Assembly (NCBI GenBank): GCA_964035545.1
Contig: OZ037769.1
Location: 17,576,633-17,640,632, forward strand
DNA: 64,000 bases
Direction: 5' to 3'
From: Bugula neritina
Taxonomy: Eukaryota > Animalia > Bryozoa
Shown here: positions 1 through 26,800 of the stretch, piece by piece
How positions within the stretch are numbered: the stretch's first letter is position 1
How the letters are laid out: each line of letters opens with the position of its first letter
The notes under the pieces: generated by a model
What the model was told of the DNA's origin: nothing
The model's database searches: none
The model's input: the letters and a program-made list of their open reading frames with translations, nothing else
Program-made: the position numbers and the translations under genes

Positions 1-2262
1 TAATATAAATATTATTAAGGATATTCATACTCAATATCATACTCATAGTGATAGTTCTTACTCATTGTGATTGACATTGAATTGATTTTCATTTCCATTC
101 GGCATCCCCATCCTCATACAAAATGAAAATGAAAATCATTCTGAAAGAGTTTGAAAGTGAATATCAAAAAAAATACAAAAGGAATATTTATATTATCAAT
201 TATTATTGCTATTAGTTATAAGTATTAGCATAACAATAACTATAAGTATAAGTATAATTATTACTATAACTATAAGTATAAGTATAACTATAAGACTAAG
301 TAGAGTAGTAGTACTAGTACTACTAATAGTACTAGTACTAGTAGTATCATAATGATAATGATAATCAAGTATGAAGCAAATTTAATGAACAATAAAATTA
401 TTTTGAAGTTTTAACTATTAAATAATTATTAGCTAGAAAAGGATAAATAACTATAACTAAAACTAAAAATTCAAGTTAAGCATTGATGGATTTTTAAGCA
501 GTAATAATGAATATTAATATTATATATGCCAAATCCAAATTGAATTAAACTTTAAATAAAATGCTACGTGTGAAACGTGTCAATAGCAAGAAAGCAAAAT
601 TGTTGAAAGATCGCTAGCTTGAGGGTAATAAAAAGAGGTCAATCCGTGGTTCGACTTTTAAACCTTCTTACCCCCAAAGTTGAGACCGTCAACCACTGCA
701 CTTAACAACCCCAAATTTTGTGTTGCATCAAACAATTTTCAAAATAGTCCGCTAGTATAATTCTATAAGCAGCTCCAAGCTGGTGGTGAAGGACGATTTT
801 AGTTCGGGTCTGACGTTTGGGGTTATGTCCCGACTCCAAACTTTTTTTTGATAAAAACTGCGCTGTTATCACAGTCTACAGCATGAATAATTTGTTAAGA
901 CGAGCTACTTTGATAAGTCATAAGAATATTATGGTTATTCGCTGGTTTGTTTTTAAATCGCTTTCAGCAGCACTGAACTGGTACCCACAGAGGTTAGGGA
1001 ACTCATGTTGTTATGTGGTTCGGAAAATGATGTGGACGCAAAACGCTGTACTCACTCGTGCTGCTTTTAGCACTATTTTTTTCTTGAAAGCAGTGAGATG
1101 GTTTATTAGCTCCGACTATTCTTCTTTCATTCTTTAGCTCTAAGGTTAATGTCAAGGTGAATAAAAGCAGCAGACGTCAAACATTTTAAACACAATTTCA
1201 CGGTTTTATATTTCGCAATTATTTAAGAAGTTTCGCTGCACTATTGAATATTATTACCACAGCAAATTTGAATAATCCTAGTTACCAACCTAATGGCCGA
1301 GGATTATGAAGAAAATGATTATTATTGTAAGTATGAATTCATGACAATAATACGTAAATAAATGGATAGATTGCGATCAAGTTCAACATAAATCATAAAT
1401 GTTGTACTTGTACTTGAAGTTGATGCAAAATTATCACATCTACTTCTACTTCTAAGGCTAGTGACTAACTATTACTATAAACAACAGTAACTGTAAAAGT
1501 AAGTGTGGCAGCGTTTTATTACCATGAGTATACATTAAATGTCATAGTATTTATACTTACTATGAGTCTATATAGACTTAGACTATCAGTATCACTATGA
1601 GTATGAGTATCAGTATCATTATGAATATGAGTATCACTATAGGTAACCACTTACTAAAGAATTCAAGAACTGCAGTAACAATGTCACTATAGTAATGCTG
1701 TATCACAATCAACATTAGTAATATTACTTGTTGGCATAGAAGTGTTATAAATATTAAAACTATATAGTTAGATATCAATACTAATTTGAACATAATATAG
1801 CTATAAAGTATTTGGAATTGAAAATAGTTATTTGATCTAATATAATTATTAATCATGTTATGATTTACATCTTTTTTATTTTCAAGTGCTAATATAAAAT
1901 AGTACAAATATTTCTCACCTTTCAGTTCTGACTTTCCCATTTGCTCAGGTTGGCTGACGTTTAATATCATTACTAATACAATCTAGTTATTCATCACCCT
2001 AAACAAAAGTGTTAAACATGCAGTTTAATAAATTTTGATGAGTATATAAGGTTTTTACTAGAATTTCAAAAAGCCCCTTCTTAATATTTACCAACGTTTA
2101 TACTAGGTCTAATATTTTTAAAACTATCAACTGTAAATATATGTAATAGGTTTAGGAAATTTTGAAAACTGCAATTAGAATTACACAGGCACGTTTTACT
2201 GACGTTGGTTAGATGAAATGGACTACTGGCCCTCAGAATACTATATTATTGTTTATTAGATC

Positions 2263-2413
2263 ATTATATGTCCTGTAGCATCTGTGCCTATACTGCATCA
2301 TATTATGTCCTGTAGCATCTGTACCTATACTGCATCATATTATGTTCTTAGCATCTGTGCCTATACTGCATCATATTATGTTCTTAGCATCTGTACCTAT
2401 ACTGCATCATATT
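2263..2413. repeat. Intergenic 35-37-bp tandem repeat, ~4 copies
   Basis: Unit TCATATTATGTCCTGTAGCATCTGT(G/A)CCTATACTGCA. Confidence 0.85.
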
Positions 2414-3531
2414 ATTATCATAACTGTTCTTGTTAGGAAGAGAGGAATTCTTGCTAGTAAACAAACAAAATCACTCATTCGTTAAATATTTGTTCGAGAA
2501 TGTGTTAACTGTTGCAGACTTTTAGAGCTAAAGCATCTGCATAAAGGGAGAGTTTAGCTAGCTTTTTATAAAACCATAATAATCAGAATATTAAATTAAA
2601 TCCTTTTTCAGCTGAGGCAACTTTCATATTATATTAATACGTGATCATTATGACCTTTTAAATTATTTATTCAATATATGAATTGATTAGCTTGTGATAA
2701 TTTGCCCTGTATATAATAATTATTAATATAATAATTAACTAACTATTTCACTAAATTAACCTGCTCCTTAACTTTCAAAATCGTGATGATTTACTCAGAC
2801 AAATGCACTAAGCTATAGTTCATTATTGATTTTTGGAATGATGAGTTAGTTTTAATGTGTTTCTATAAGTACACCAAACTGCTACTTTGCATAAAATAGT
2901 TACATATAAAGTTACAATTACTGTAGACTAAAAGTTGTTTTAATTATGCAGCTTTTCTATAAAGCACTTTTCTGCTTCATTATTTCCTTTAATGATGAAT
3001 GAAGTACCCTAAAAATTAACAAAGTTTAATAATTGAATAATTAATTGAGCCATGCATTCTATTGAATAAAATCATGAAATGTACTTGATTTTCAATGTTT
3101 ATATCAATGTAACTAATCATGGTTATTTTGCATGCATATAGAGCACATATTAGTCTTGAAGCAAGTATACTATCAATTGTTCCAAAAAATAGTGCTATAA
3201 TGTGCTATAAAGTGCAGAATATCTCCAGCTATCTACTTGAATACACCATTAATTTATAAGTAATTATAAGGTACCAGTAAAAGTCTTACATGCTTCAAAA
3301 TCTTTATTTAAATTCAAAGCTTTTTCAACACAAAAAAGTAATTAGTACCGTATAACCCATAACTAATAGAATTAGGTAAATGCATTACAGTATACCTGAT
3401 GGTTATGTACGGGATTCAACCAAAAAGCATGAAAGGCAAAGAAATGAAAAAGATCAAAGAAAAATGAATCGTAATACTTGCAATAGCTCTATGTTTTAAA
3501 TGATTTTTTTAGCTAGAATTGTTTTATCTTT

Positions 3532-4236
3532 TCATTTCCCCATTCTTATAATGTCAAATGGCCTCTTGTTTCTGGATTTCTGGTCAAAATTAAGCTCACG
3601 AATGAAGGGTGTAGCAAGAGTGACCGTGCTGGAATCACAACCCAACCATTTGTACAAAGCACCATGAGTAGCCACATCAGCTTTAGCTTCTGTTTTTCCT
3701 ACCATCTTCTGGACGGCTTGACAGGCTTTAAACTTGCCAACAGTGTCCGCCAGTTGGCCTGTCAAGGTAGGCTGAAGCTCTCTAATGTAGTTAGAGAGGG
3801 CATGGTTAGTTCTGTAGTCAGGATCATAGTACCCAGTTTCAGCTTGGAAATAGCCAGTCACTCCCCCTAGTGGACTGTTGTAGCCATATTGAGATCTTAC
3901 TGGAGCACCTAACATACAAATATATATATTGAATATTAATATACATTATATTACTAATATAGATAGCAGACACTCTGTTAAGTTAAGAGATTGCTATAGT
4001 CTGGGTAATACTATACAATATAATGTAGTACACTACCTTATACTATACGCACAGTATAGTTTATACTGCAATATAGTTTATACTACAATATATAGATTAT
4101 ACTACAATATATAGATTATACTACAATATAGTTTATACTACAATATAGTTTATACTACAATATAATACGTACCGTGCACACACAGACAAAGTAAAGTAGC
4201 AACTAGACTAGACAGTAGAAGACAAGACGATGCCAT
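3532..4236 (-). CDS. Secreted prepropeptide, probable neuropeptide precursor (146 aa; exons 4236-4173, 3908-3532)
   Basis: Exon 1 encodes a signal-peptide-like MASSCLLLSSLVATLLCLCVHG. A phase-1 GT..AG intron (4172-3909) joins it in frame to the ORF-track exon, which ends ...RNKR-PFDIIRM-GK* (dibasic cleavage site, amidation Gly, basic residue). Two Cys in the pro-region. Confidence 0.8.
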
Positions 4237-5104
4237 GACAAAGGAGTCGATAGTTAGAAACTGTAGAGGTGGTAAATGTTGCTGTTGCTTCTGCACGCTA
4301 TTCTATATACGTATTACTTAGTACTGCGTATGTATCCGTCACTCAGCTTATAAATTATCTACACACCAGAGTGGATATATATACCCCAGCACTGCCTACT
4401 CACTCATTACACAACCTTCCTCCTAGTCAGTGAATTAAACGCAGAAATTATTGAATAAATAGCCTTGCGTCTCTACGCAGACATCAACCTAATCATACAG
4501 TTTCCGATTATATAAAATGTTTATTTGTTACAATTCATATAAATACTTAATGAAATCTCATTACTTGCTGAAACCTAATTAATTATTAAAATTAAATTTC
4601 TAGTAATGTATAATGGAGGTTATATCACCCTATTATTCACAATATAATTAATTAATAGCATGTCTATTGGGGCTACAGCTCTGCTAATTGAATAGAAAGT
4701 TGCGTAGTAATTGTTAGCATTGAATCTATATACATTGGAATAAGTGTAGCCTTCAGCTATTAAAGTCTTTATAATATGACTTATCTCTCTCTGCTTTTAT
4801 ATATTACATGAAAGTGTTGTGCTGTAGCGACAGTAAACCCTATGCATATCCCTGTTGCTACAATCCCTTGTATATGAGTTACTATAATATATATATATCT
4901 ATAGCATAACATGCAGTAGCTAACTAGTTATACTAATAGTATAGTTGGTGTAAAAAGGTAGACTAGCTGATTAATTATTTATATTTCAATTCCAGAGTCT
5001 GAGAGGAGAGCAGATGATGTGTAGAGTGAAGTGGAAACACTTTGGTCACAGCAAGTGAGGCTAGATGGTGGAGATCAGCACCATGGACTACACTAGAAGG
5101 AGAG

Positions 5105-5253
5105 GAGGAGACTATGCAGGTATAGACGTACTAGATTATCAGGAGAGACTATGCAGGTATAGACGTACTAGATTATCAGGAGAGACTATGCAGGTATAGA
5201 CGTACTAGATTATCAGGAGAGACTATGCAGGTATAGACGTACTAGATTATCAG
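5105..5253 (+). repeat. 37-bp tandem repeat x4 containing CAG|GTATAG donor-like sites
   Basis: Unit GGAGAGACTATGCAGGTATAGACGTACTAGATTATCA; CAG ends at 5119, 5156, 5193, 5230. Confidence 0.85.
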
Positions 5254-5439
5254 GTAAAGGTTAAGTGGGAGTATATTGTGTGGATAAACAAGAGAGATAG
5301 GGATGTGTTAGAGTAACTATATGACTCTATAGCTGATACAGGCTTAATAGCTGATACAATATAAAGCTTTCTTAGTGCTGATATTGTGATGAGTTGATAC
5401 TGTCATATCAGCTGTGGTGTTTCTCAGCTCAACACCAGC

Positions 5440-6066
5440 TAGTGTTACTATATACTAGCTGTTAGCATACTGTTACTATACACTAGCTGTTAGCATACTG
5501 TTACTATATACTAGCTGTTAGCATACTGTTACTATATACTAGCTGTTAGCATACTGTTACTATACACTAGCTGTTACTCTATACTAGCTGTTACTATAAT
5601 TATACTAGCTGTTACTATATACTAGCTGTTAGCATACTGTTACTATATACTAGCTGTTACTCTATACTACCTGTTACTATATACTAGCTGTTACTCTATA
5701 CTAGCTGTTAGCATACTGTTACTATATACTGTTACTATACTGTTACTATATACTAGCTGTTAGCATACTGTTACTATACTGTTACTATACTGTTACTATA
5801 CTGTTACTATACTGTTACTATATACTCTTACTAAACTGTTACTATATACTGTTACTAAACTGTTACTATACTGTTACTATACTGTTACTATATACTAGCT
5901 GTTACTAAACTGTTACTATATACTAGCTGTTACTAAACTGTTACTATATACTGTTACTATATACTGTTACTATATACTGTTACTATACTGTTACTATACT
6001 GTTACTATAGTTACTATATACTGTTACTATACTGTTACTATAGTTACTATATACTGTTACTAAATA
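5440..6066. repeat. Composite minisatellite (TGTTACTATATAC/TAGC/TGTTAGCATAC)
   Basis: Direct inspection; ends just before the acceptor preceding the STRA6-like start exon. Confidence 0.85.
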
Positions 6067-6112
6067 CTATAGTCTCAGCTGAGCGGGCAACTCTCACACT
6101 GGTCTCACCAAC

Positions 6113-20582
<14,470 letters not shown>

Positions 20583-20831
20583 AAGAGCCATTACAGTTTG
20601 ACTTGCAACTTATATATTTGGGTTTGTAAGCACTGCGTGAATATAATGACTGAATATAACACAAATTTTATAACAACATTACAAAATAAAATATTAGAAA
20701 TATAAAACTTATAAAACAAGTCTGGATAAAGATATAATCTGAGTTCAAATTGGACTTGGAACTGGCTCAAGTGAACTTTTCAAGGGGAATTCTATGCACG
20801 GTATACCAGTCTTGGTGATCCACCCGTCCAA

Positions 20832-23800
20832 TCAGCTCTCTTTAGCTTCAGATATCAGGCTAACTTTCTTCAAGTCTTCTGCAAGCATGACAGACCTGTA
20901 AGAACGAAAGCAACATATAGACAATGCATATATACCACAATTCAATAGTATACTGTAAAACTATGTAATAGTATGATATATCATACACTACTATACGATA
21001 TATCATACACTACTATATGATATATCATACACTACTATACGGTATATCATACACTACTATACGATATATCATACATTACTGTACGGTATATCATACACTG
21101 CTATACAGTATATCATACACTACTGTACGGTATATTATACACTGCTGTACGGTATATTATACACTACTATACGGTATATTATACACTACTATATGATATG
21201 TCATACACTACTATACGGTATATTATACACTACTATACAGTATATCATACACTACTATACGGTATATTATACACTACTATACGGTATATTATACACTACT
21301 ATACGGTATATTATACACTACTATACGGTATATTATACACTACTATACGGTATATCATACACTACTATACGGTATATTATACACTACTATACGGTATATT
21401 ATACACTACTATACGGTATATCATACACTACTATACGGTATATTATACACTACTATACGGTATATTATACACTACTATACAAATGTCTAACCTGATGAAT
21501 CTGCGAGACTCTGTAAGCTTCTCCAACTGTTTGGATTTTTCTAGTCCCAAGTGAATCACCTGAGAGAGAAACTAGAGTTATAATGAACTAAACTGATGGA
21601 GGTGGAACACATAATAAAGACCTGGGAACTCGCATACCTTGCGGGGGAGACCAGCCAGTCGTGCCACATTGAAACCATAACTTTTGGGACAAAAGCTAGA
21701 AGCAAGTTTGTAGAGGAAAGTAATGGAGGAGTCGGCATCTGAAGCCCCGGCGTGTCGCGAGTCGTTCACTTCCTCATTCACCAGACATGCCTGCATGCGT
21801 ACAGTGGTAGATAGTACAGTGGTATATAGTAGAGTGGTATATAGTACAGTGGTATACAGTACAGTGGTATATAGTAGAGTGGTATATAGTAGAGTGGTAT
21901 ATAGTACAGTGGTAAATAGTACAGTAGTATATAGTAGAGTGGTATATAGTAGAGTGGTATATAGTACAGTGGTAAATAGTACAGTAGTATATAGTAGAGT
22001 GGTATATAGTAGAGTGGTATATAGTACAGTGGTATATAGTACAGTGGTATATAGTACAGTGGTATATAGTACAGTGGTATACAGTACAGTGGTATATAGT
22101 ACAGTGGTATATAGTAGAGTGGTATATAGTATAGTGGTATATAGTAGAGTAGTATATAGTACAGTGGTATATAGTACAGTGGTATATAGTAGAGTGGTAG
22201 ATAGTATAGTGGTATATAGCACAGTGGTATATAGTATAGTGGTATATAGTACAGTAGTATATAGTAGAGTGGTATATAGTACAGTGGTATATAGTACAGT
22301 GGTATATAGTATAGTGGTATATAGTACAGTGGTATATAGTAGAGTGGTATATAGTAGAGTGGTATATAGTACAGTGGTATACAGTACAGTGGTATATAGT
22401 AGAGTGGTATATAGTAGAGTGGTATATAGTACAGTGGTAAATAGTACAGTAGTATATAGTACAGTGGTATATAGTATAGTGGTATATAGTACAGTGGTAT
22501 ATAGTACAGTGGTATATAGTATAGTGGTATATAGTACAGTGGTAGATAGTACAGTGGTATATAGTAGAGTGGTATATAGTACAGTGGTATACAGTACAGT
22601 GGTATATAGTAGAGTGGTATATAGTAGAGTGGTATATAGTACAGTGGTAAATAGTACAGTAGTATATAGTACAGTGGTATATAGTACAGTGGTATATAGT
22701 ACAGTGGTATATAGTACAGTGGTATATAGTATAGTGGTATATAGTAGAGTGGTATATAGTACAGTGGTATATAGTACAGTGGTATATAGTACAGTGGTAT
22801 ATAGTACAGTGGTATATAGTACAGTGGTATATAGTAGAGTGGTAGATAGTATAGTGGTATATAGCACAGTGGTATATAGTATAGTGGTATATAGTACAGT
22901 AGTATATAGTAGAGTGGTATATAGTACAGTGGTATATAGTACAGTGGTATATAGTATAGTGGTATATAGTACAGTGGTATATAGTAGAGTGGTATATAGT
23001 AGAGTGGTATATAGTACAGTGGTATACAGTACAGTGGTATACAGTAGAGTGGTATATAGTAGAGTGGTATATAGTACAGTGGTAAATAGTACAGTAGTAT
23101 ATAGTACAGTGGTATATAGTATAGTGGTATATAGTACAGTGGTATATAGTACAGTGGTATATAGTATAGTGGTATATAGTACAGTGGTAGATAGTACAGT
23201 GGTATATAGTAGAGTGGTATATAGTACAGTGGTATACAGTACAGTGGTATATAGTAGAGTGGTATATAGTAGAGTGGTATATAGTACAGTGGTAAATAGT
23301 ACAGTAGTATATAGTAGAGTGGTATATAGTAGAGTGGTATATAGTACAGTGGTATATAGTACAGTGGTATATAGTACAGTGGTATATAGTATAGTGGTAT
23401 ATAGTACAGTAGTATATAGTAGAGTGGTATATAGTACAGTGGTATATAGTACAGTGGTATATAGTATAGTGGTATATAGTACAGTGGTATATAGTATAGT
23501 GGTATATAGTACAGTAGTATATAGTAGAGTGGTATATAGTACAGTGGTATATAGTACAGTGGTATATAGTATAGTGGTATATAGTACAGTGGTATATAGT
23601 AGAGTGGTATATAGTAGAGTGGTATATAGTACAGTGGTATATAGTAGAGTGGTATATAGTATAGTGGTATATAGTAGAGTGGTATATAGTAGAGTGGTAT
23701 ATAGTACAGTGGTATATAGTACAGTGGTATATAGTACAGTGGTATATAGTACAGTGGTATATAGTACAGTGGTATATAGTAGAGTGGTATATAGTACAGT

Positions 23801-26800
23801 GGTATATAGTAGAGTGGTATATAGTAGAGTGGTATATAGTAGAGTGGTATATAGTACAGTGGTATATAGTACAGTGGTATATAGTACAGTGGTATATAGT
23901 ACAGTGGTATATAGTACAGTGGTATATAGTACAGTGGTAGATAGTATAGTGGTATATAGTACAGTGGTATATAGTACAGTGGTATATAGTACAGTGGTAT
24001 ATAGTAGAGTGGTATATAGTACAGTGGTATATAGTACAGTGGTATATAGTACAGTGGTATATAGTATAGTGGTATATAGTAGAGTGGTATATAGTACAGT
24101 GGTATATAGTACAGTGGTAAATAGTACAGTGGTATATAGTACAGTGGTATATAGTACAGTGGTATATAGTACAGTGGTATATAGTACAGTGGTATATAGT
24201 ACAGTGGTATATAGTACAGTGGTATATAGTACAGTGGTATATAGTACAGTGGTATATAGTATAGTGGTATATAGTAGAGTGGTATATAGTAGAGTGGTAT
24301 ATAGTATAGTGGTATATAGTACAGTGGTATATAGTACAGTGGTATATAGTACAGTGGTATATAGTACAGTGGTATATAGTACAGTGGTAGATAGTACAGT
24401 GGTATATAGTACAGTGGTATATAGTACAGTGGCATATAGTAGAGTGGCATATAGTACAGTGGTATATAGTACAGTGGTATATAGTACAGTGGTATATAGT
24501 ACAGTGGTATATAGTACAGTGGTATATAGTACAGTGGTATATAGTACAGTGGTATATAGTACAGTGGTATATAGTAGAGTAGTATATAGTGCAGTGGTAT
24601 ATAGTAGAGTGGTATATAGTACAGTGGTATATAGTACAGTGGTATATAGTACAGTGGTAGATAGTATAGTGGTATATAGTACAGTGGTATATAGTACAGT
24701 GGCATATAGTAGAGTGGTATATAGTACAGTGGTATATAGTACAGTGGTATATAGTACAGTGGTATATAGTACAGTGGTATATAGTACAGTGGTATATAGT
24801 ACAGTGGTATATAGTACAGTGGTATATAGTACAGTGGTATATAGTACAGTGGTATATAGTACAGTGGTATATAGTACAGTGGTATATAGTACAGTGGTAT
24901 ATAGTAGAGTAGTATATAGTGCAGTGGTATATAGTAGAGTGGTATATAGTACAGTGGTATATAGACACTGTATATAATACAAACCATATGGCCGAGCTGA
25001 ATATACTGGTTGGCAATAAAGTCCTCCACCAGACTGTGGTAGTGGGTAGAGAATATGGTTCTACATTTGACGTGTTCAGCCAACTCATGAACCACAGCAG
25101 AGGCAATGGCTGTGCCGTCGTGTGTAGCTGTACCTCTACCTGCACAAGAAGGGTTAGACATGCTTAGAAATATGTTGGATATAAAATAAATATCTTGTAC
25201 CTTATAATCCAACATGTGCTTTACATATAAATGCTGTGTTTTATCAACAAGTAAATGTGTATAATTTCTTTTAATAACCTCGATTTATTTTACACACACA
25301 TATACATGTAGGAGAGAAGACAAACCTAATTCATCGAGTAAAACGAGGGAATGGCGGGTTGCGTGCTGAAGTATCAAACTCGTCTCACTGAGCTCTACAA
25401 AGAACGTGCTCTCTCCATGCATGAGACGGTCGTCAGCTCCGAGACGAGTAAACAGTCTATCTACTGGCGTCAGTCTACATTTCTCAGCTGGAACATGGCA
25501 GCCCTGTAACATTGTAGAGTAGTATTATAGAGTAGTATTATAGAGTAGTATTATAGAGTAGTATTATAGAGTAGTATTATAGAGTAGTATTATAGAGTAG
25601 TATTATAGAGTAGTATTATAGAGTAGTATTACAGAGTAGTATTACAGAGTAGTATTACAGAGTAGTATTATAGAGTAGTATTATAGAGTAGTATTATAGA
25701 GTAGTATTATAGAGTAGTATTATAGAGTAGTATTATAGAGTAGTATTATAGAGTAGTATTATAGAGTAGTATTATAGAGTAGTATTATAGAGTAGTATTA
25801 TAGAGTAGTATTATAGAGTAGTATTACAGAGTAGTATTATAGAGTAGTATTATAGAGTAGTATTATAGAGTAGTATTATAGAGTAGTTGACGCACCAACT
25901 GAGAGAGAATAGTAAGAAGGGCAACTTGTCTCATCAGTGTTGACTTTCCTCCCATATTTGGTCCAGTGAGAAGAAGGAGCTGAGCGCAGCTGTTGGCAGT
26001 TTCTGTGTTGTTCTAGAAAATAGGTGGTGTGTGTACACAGTGTGTACCAACACATGTGTGTACACAGTATGTACCAACACATGTGCGTACATAGTATGTA
26101 CCAACACATGTGTGTACACAGTGTGTACCAACACATGTGCGTACACAGTATGTACCAACACATGTGCGTACACAGTATGTACCAACACATGTGTGTACAC
26201 AGTATGTACCAACACAGTATGTACCAACACATGTGCGTATACTCACATCCTCCCAGCCTATCACAGTGTCGTTAGGTATGAAGTCACTTCCCCCAAACGT
26301 CTTGATAGAACACGGATGTCGGCCATCTCTGATGTCTAGAAATGCCTGTCAACACCATCAATACTGTGACTACAACTACTAGTACTGTGACTATAACTAG
26401 TACTGTGACTACAACTACTAGTACTGTGACTATAACTAGTACTGTGACTACAACTACTAGTACTGTGACTACAACTACTAGTACTGTGACTACAACTACT
26501 AGTACTGTGACTACAACTACTAGTACTGTGACTACAACTACTAGTACTGTGACTATAACTACTAGTACTGTGACTACAACTACTAGTACTGTGACTACAA
26601 CTACTAGTACTGTGACTACAACTACTAGTACTGTGACTATAACTACTAGTACTGTGACTACAACTACTAGTACTGTGACTACAACTACTAGTACTGTGAC
26701 TATAACTACTAGTACTGTGACTACAACTACTAGTACTGTGACTACTACTACTAGTACTGTGACTACAACAACTACTAGTACTGTGACTACAACAACTAGT

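Noticed and set aside
817-1137. 106-aa ORF, and the 130-aa ORF at 1578-1970
   Set aside because: No recognisable motifs, a non-ATG start or low-complexity 6-mer-derived sequence, and no supporting exon chain.
1293-1332. Possible first exon ATGGCCGAGGAT...TATT|GTAAGT (MAEDYEENDYY), plus a minus-strand donor-like site near 670
   Set aside because: Could not be joined in frame to any downstream exon; may be UTR or promoter-region sequence but unsupported without transcripts.
21578-25215. Four ~1100-aa ORFs (YTTVL, STVVY, HCTIY, IPLYY repeats)
   Set aside because: Translations of a stop-free 15-bp intronic array; only their ends overlap real MSH6 exons, which are bounded by canonical splice sites.
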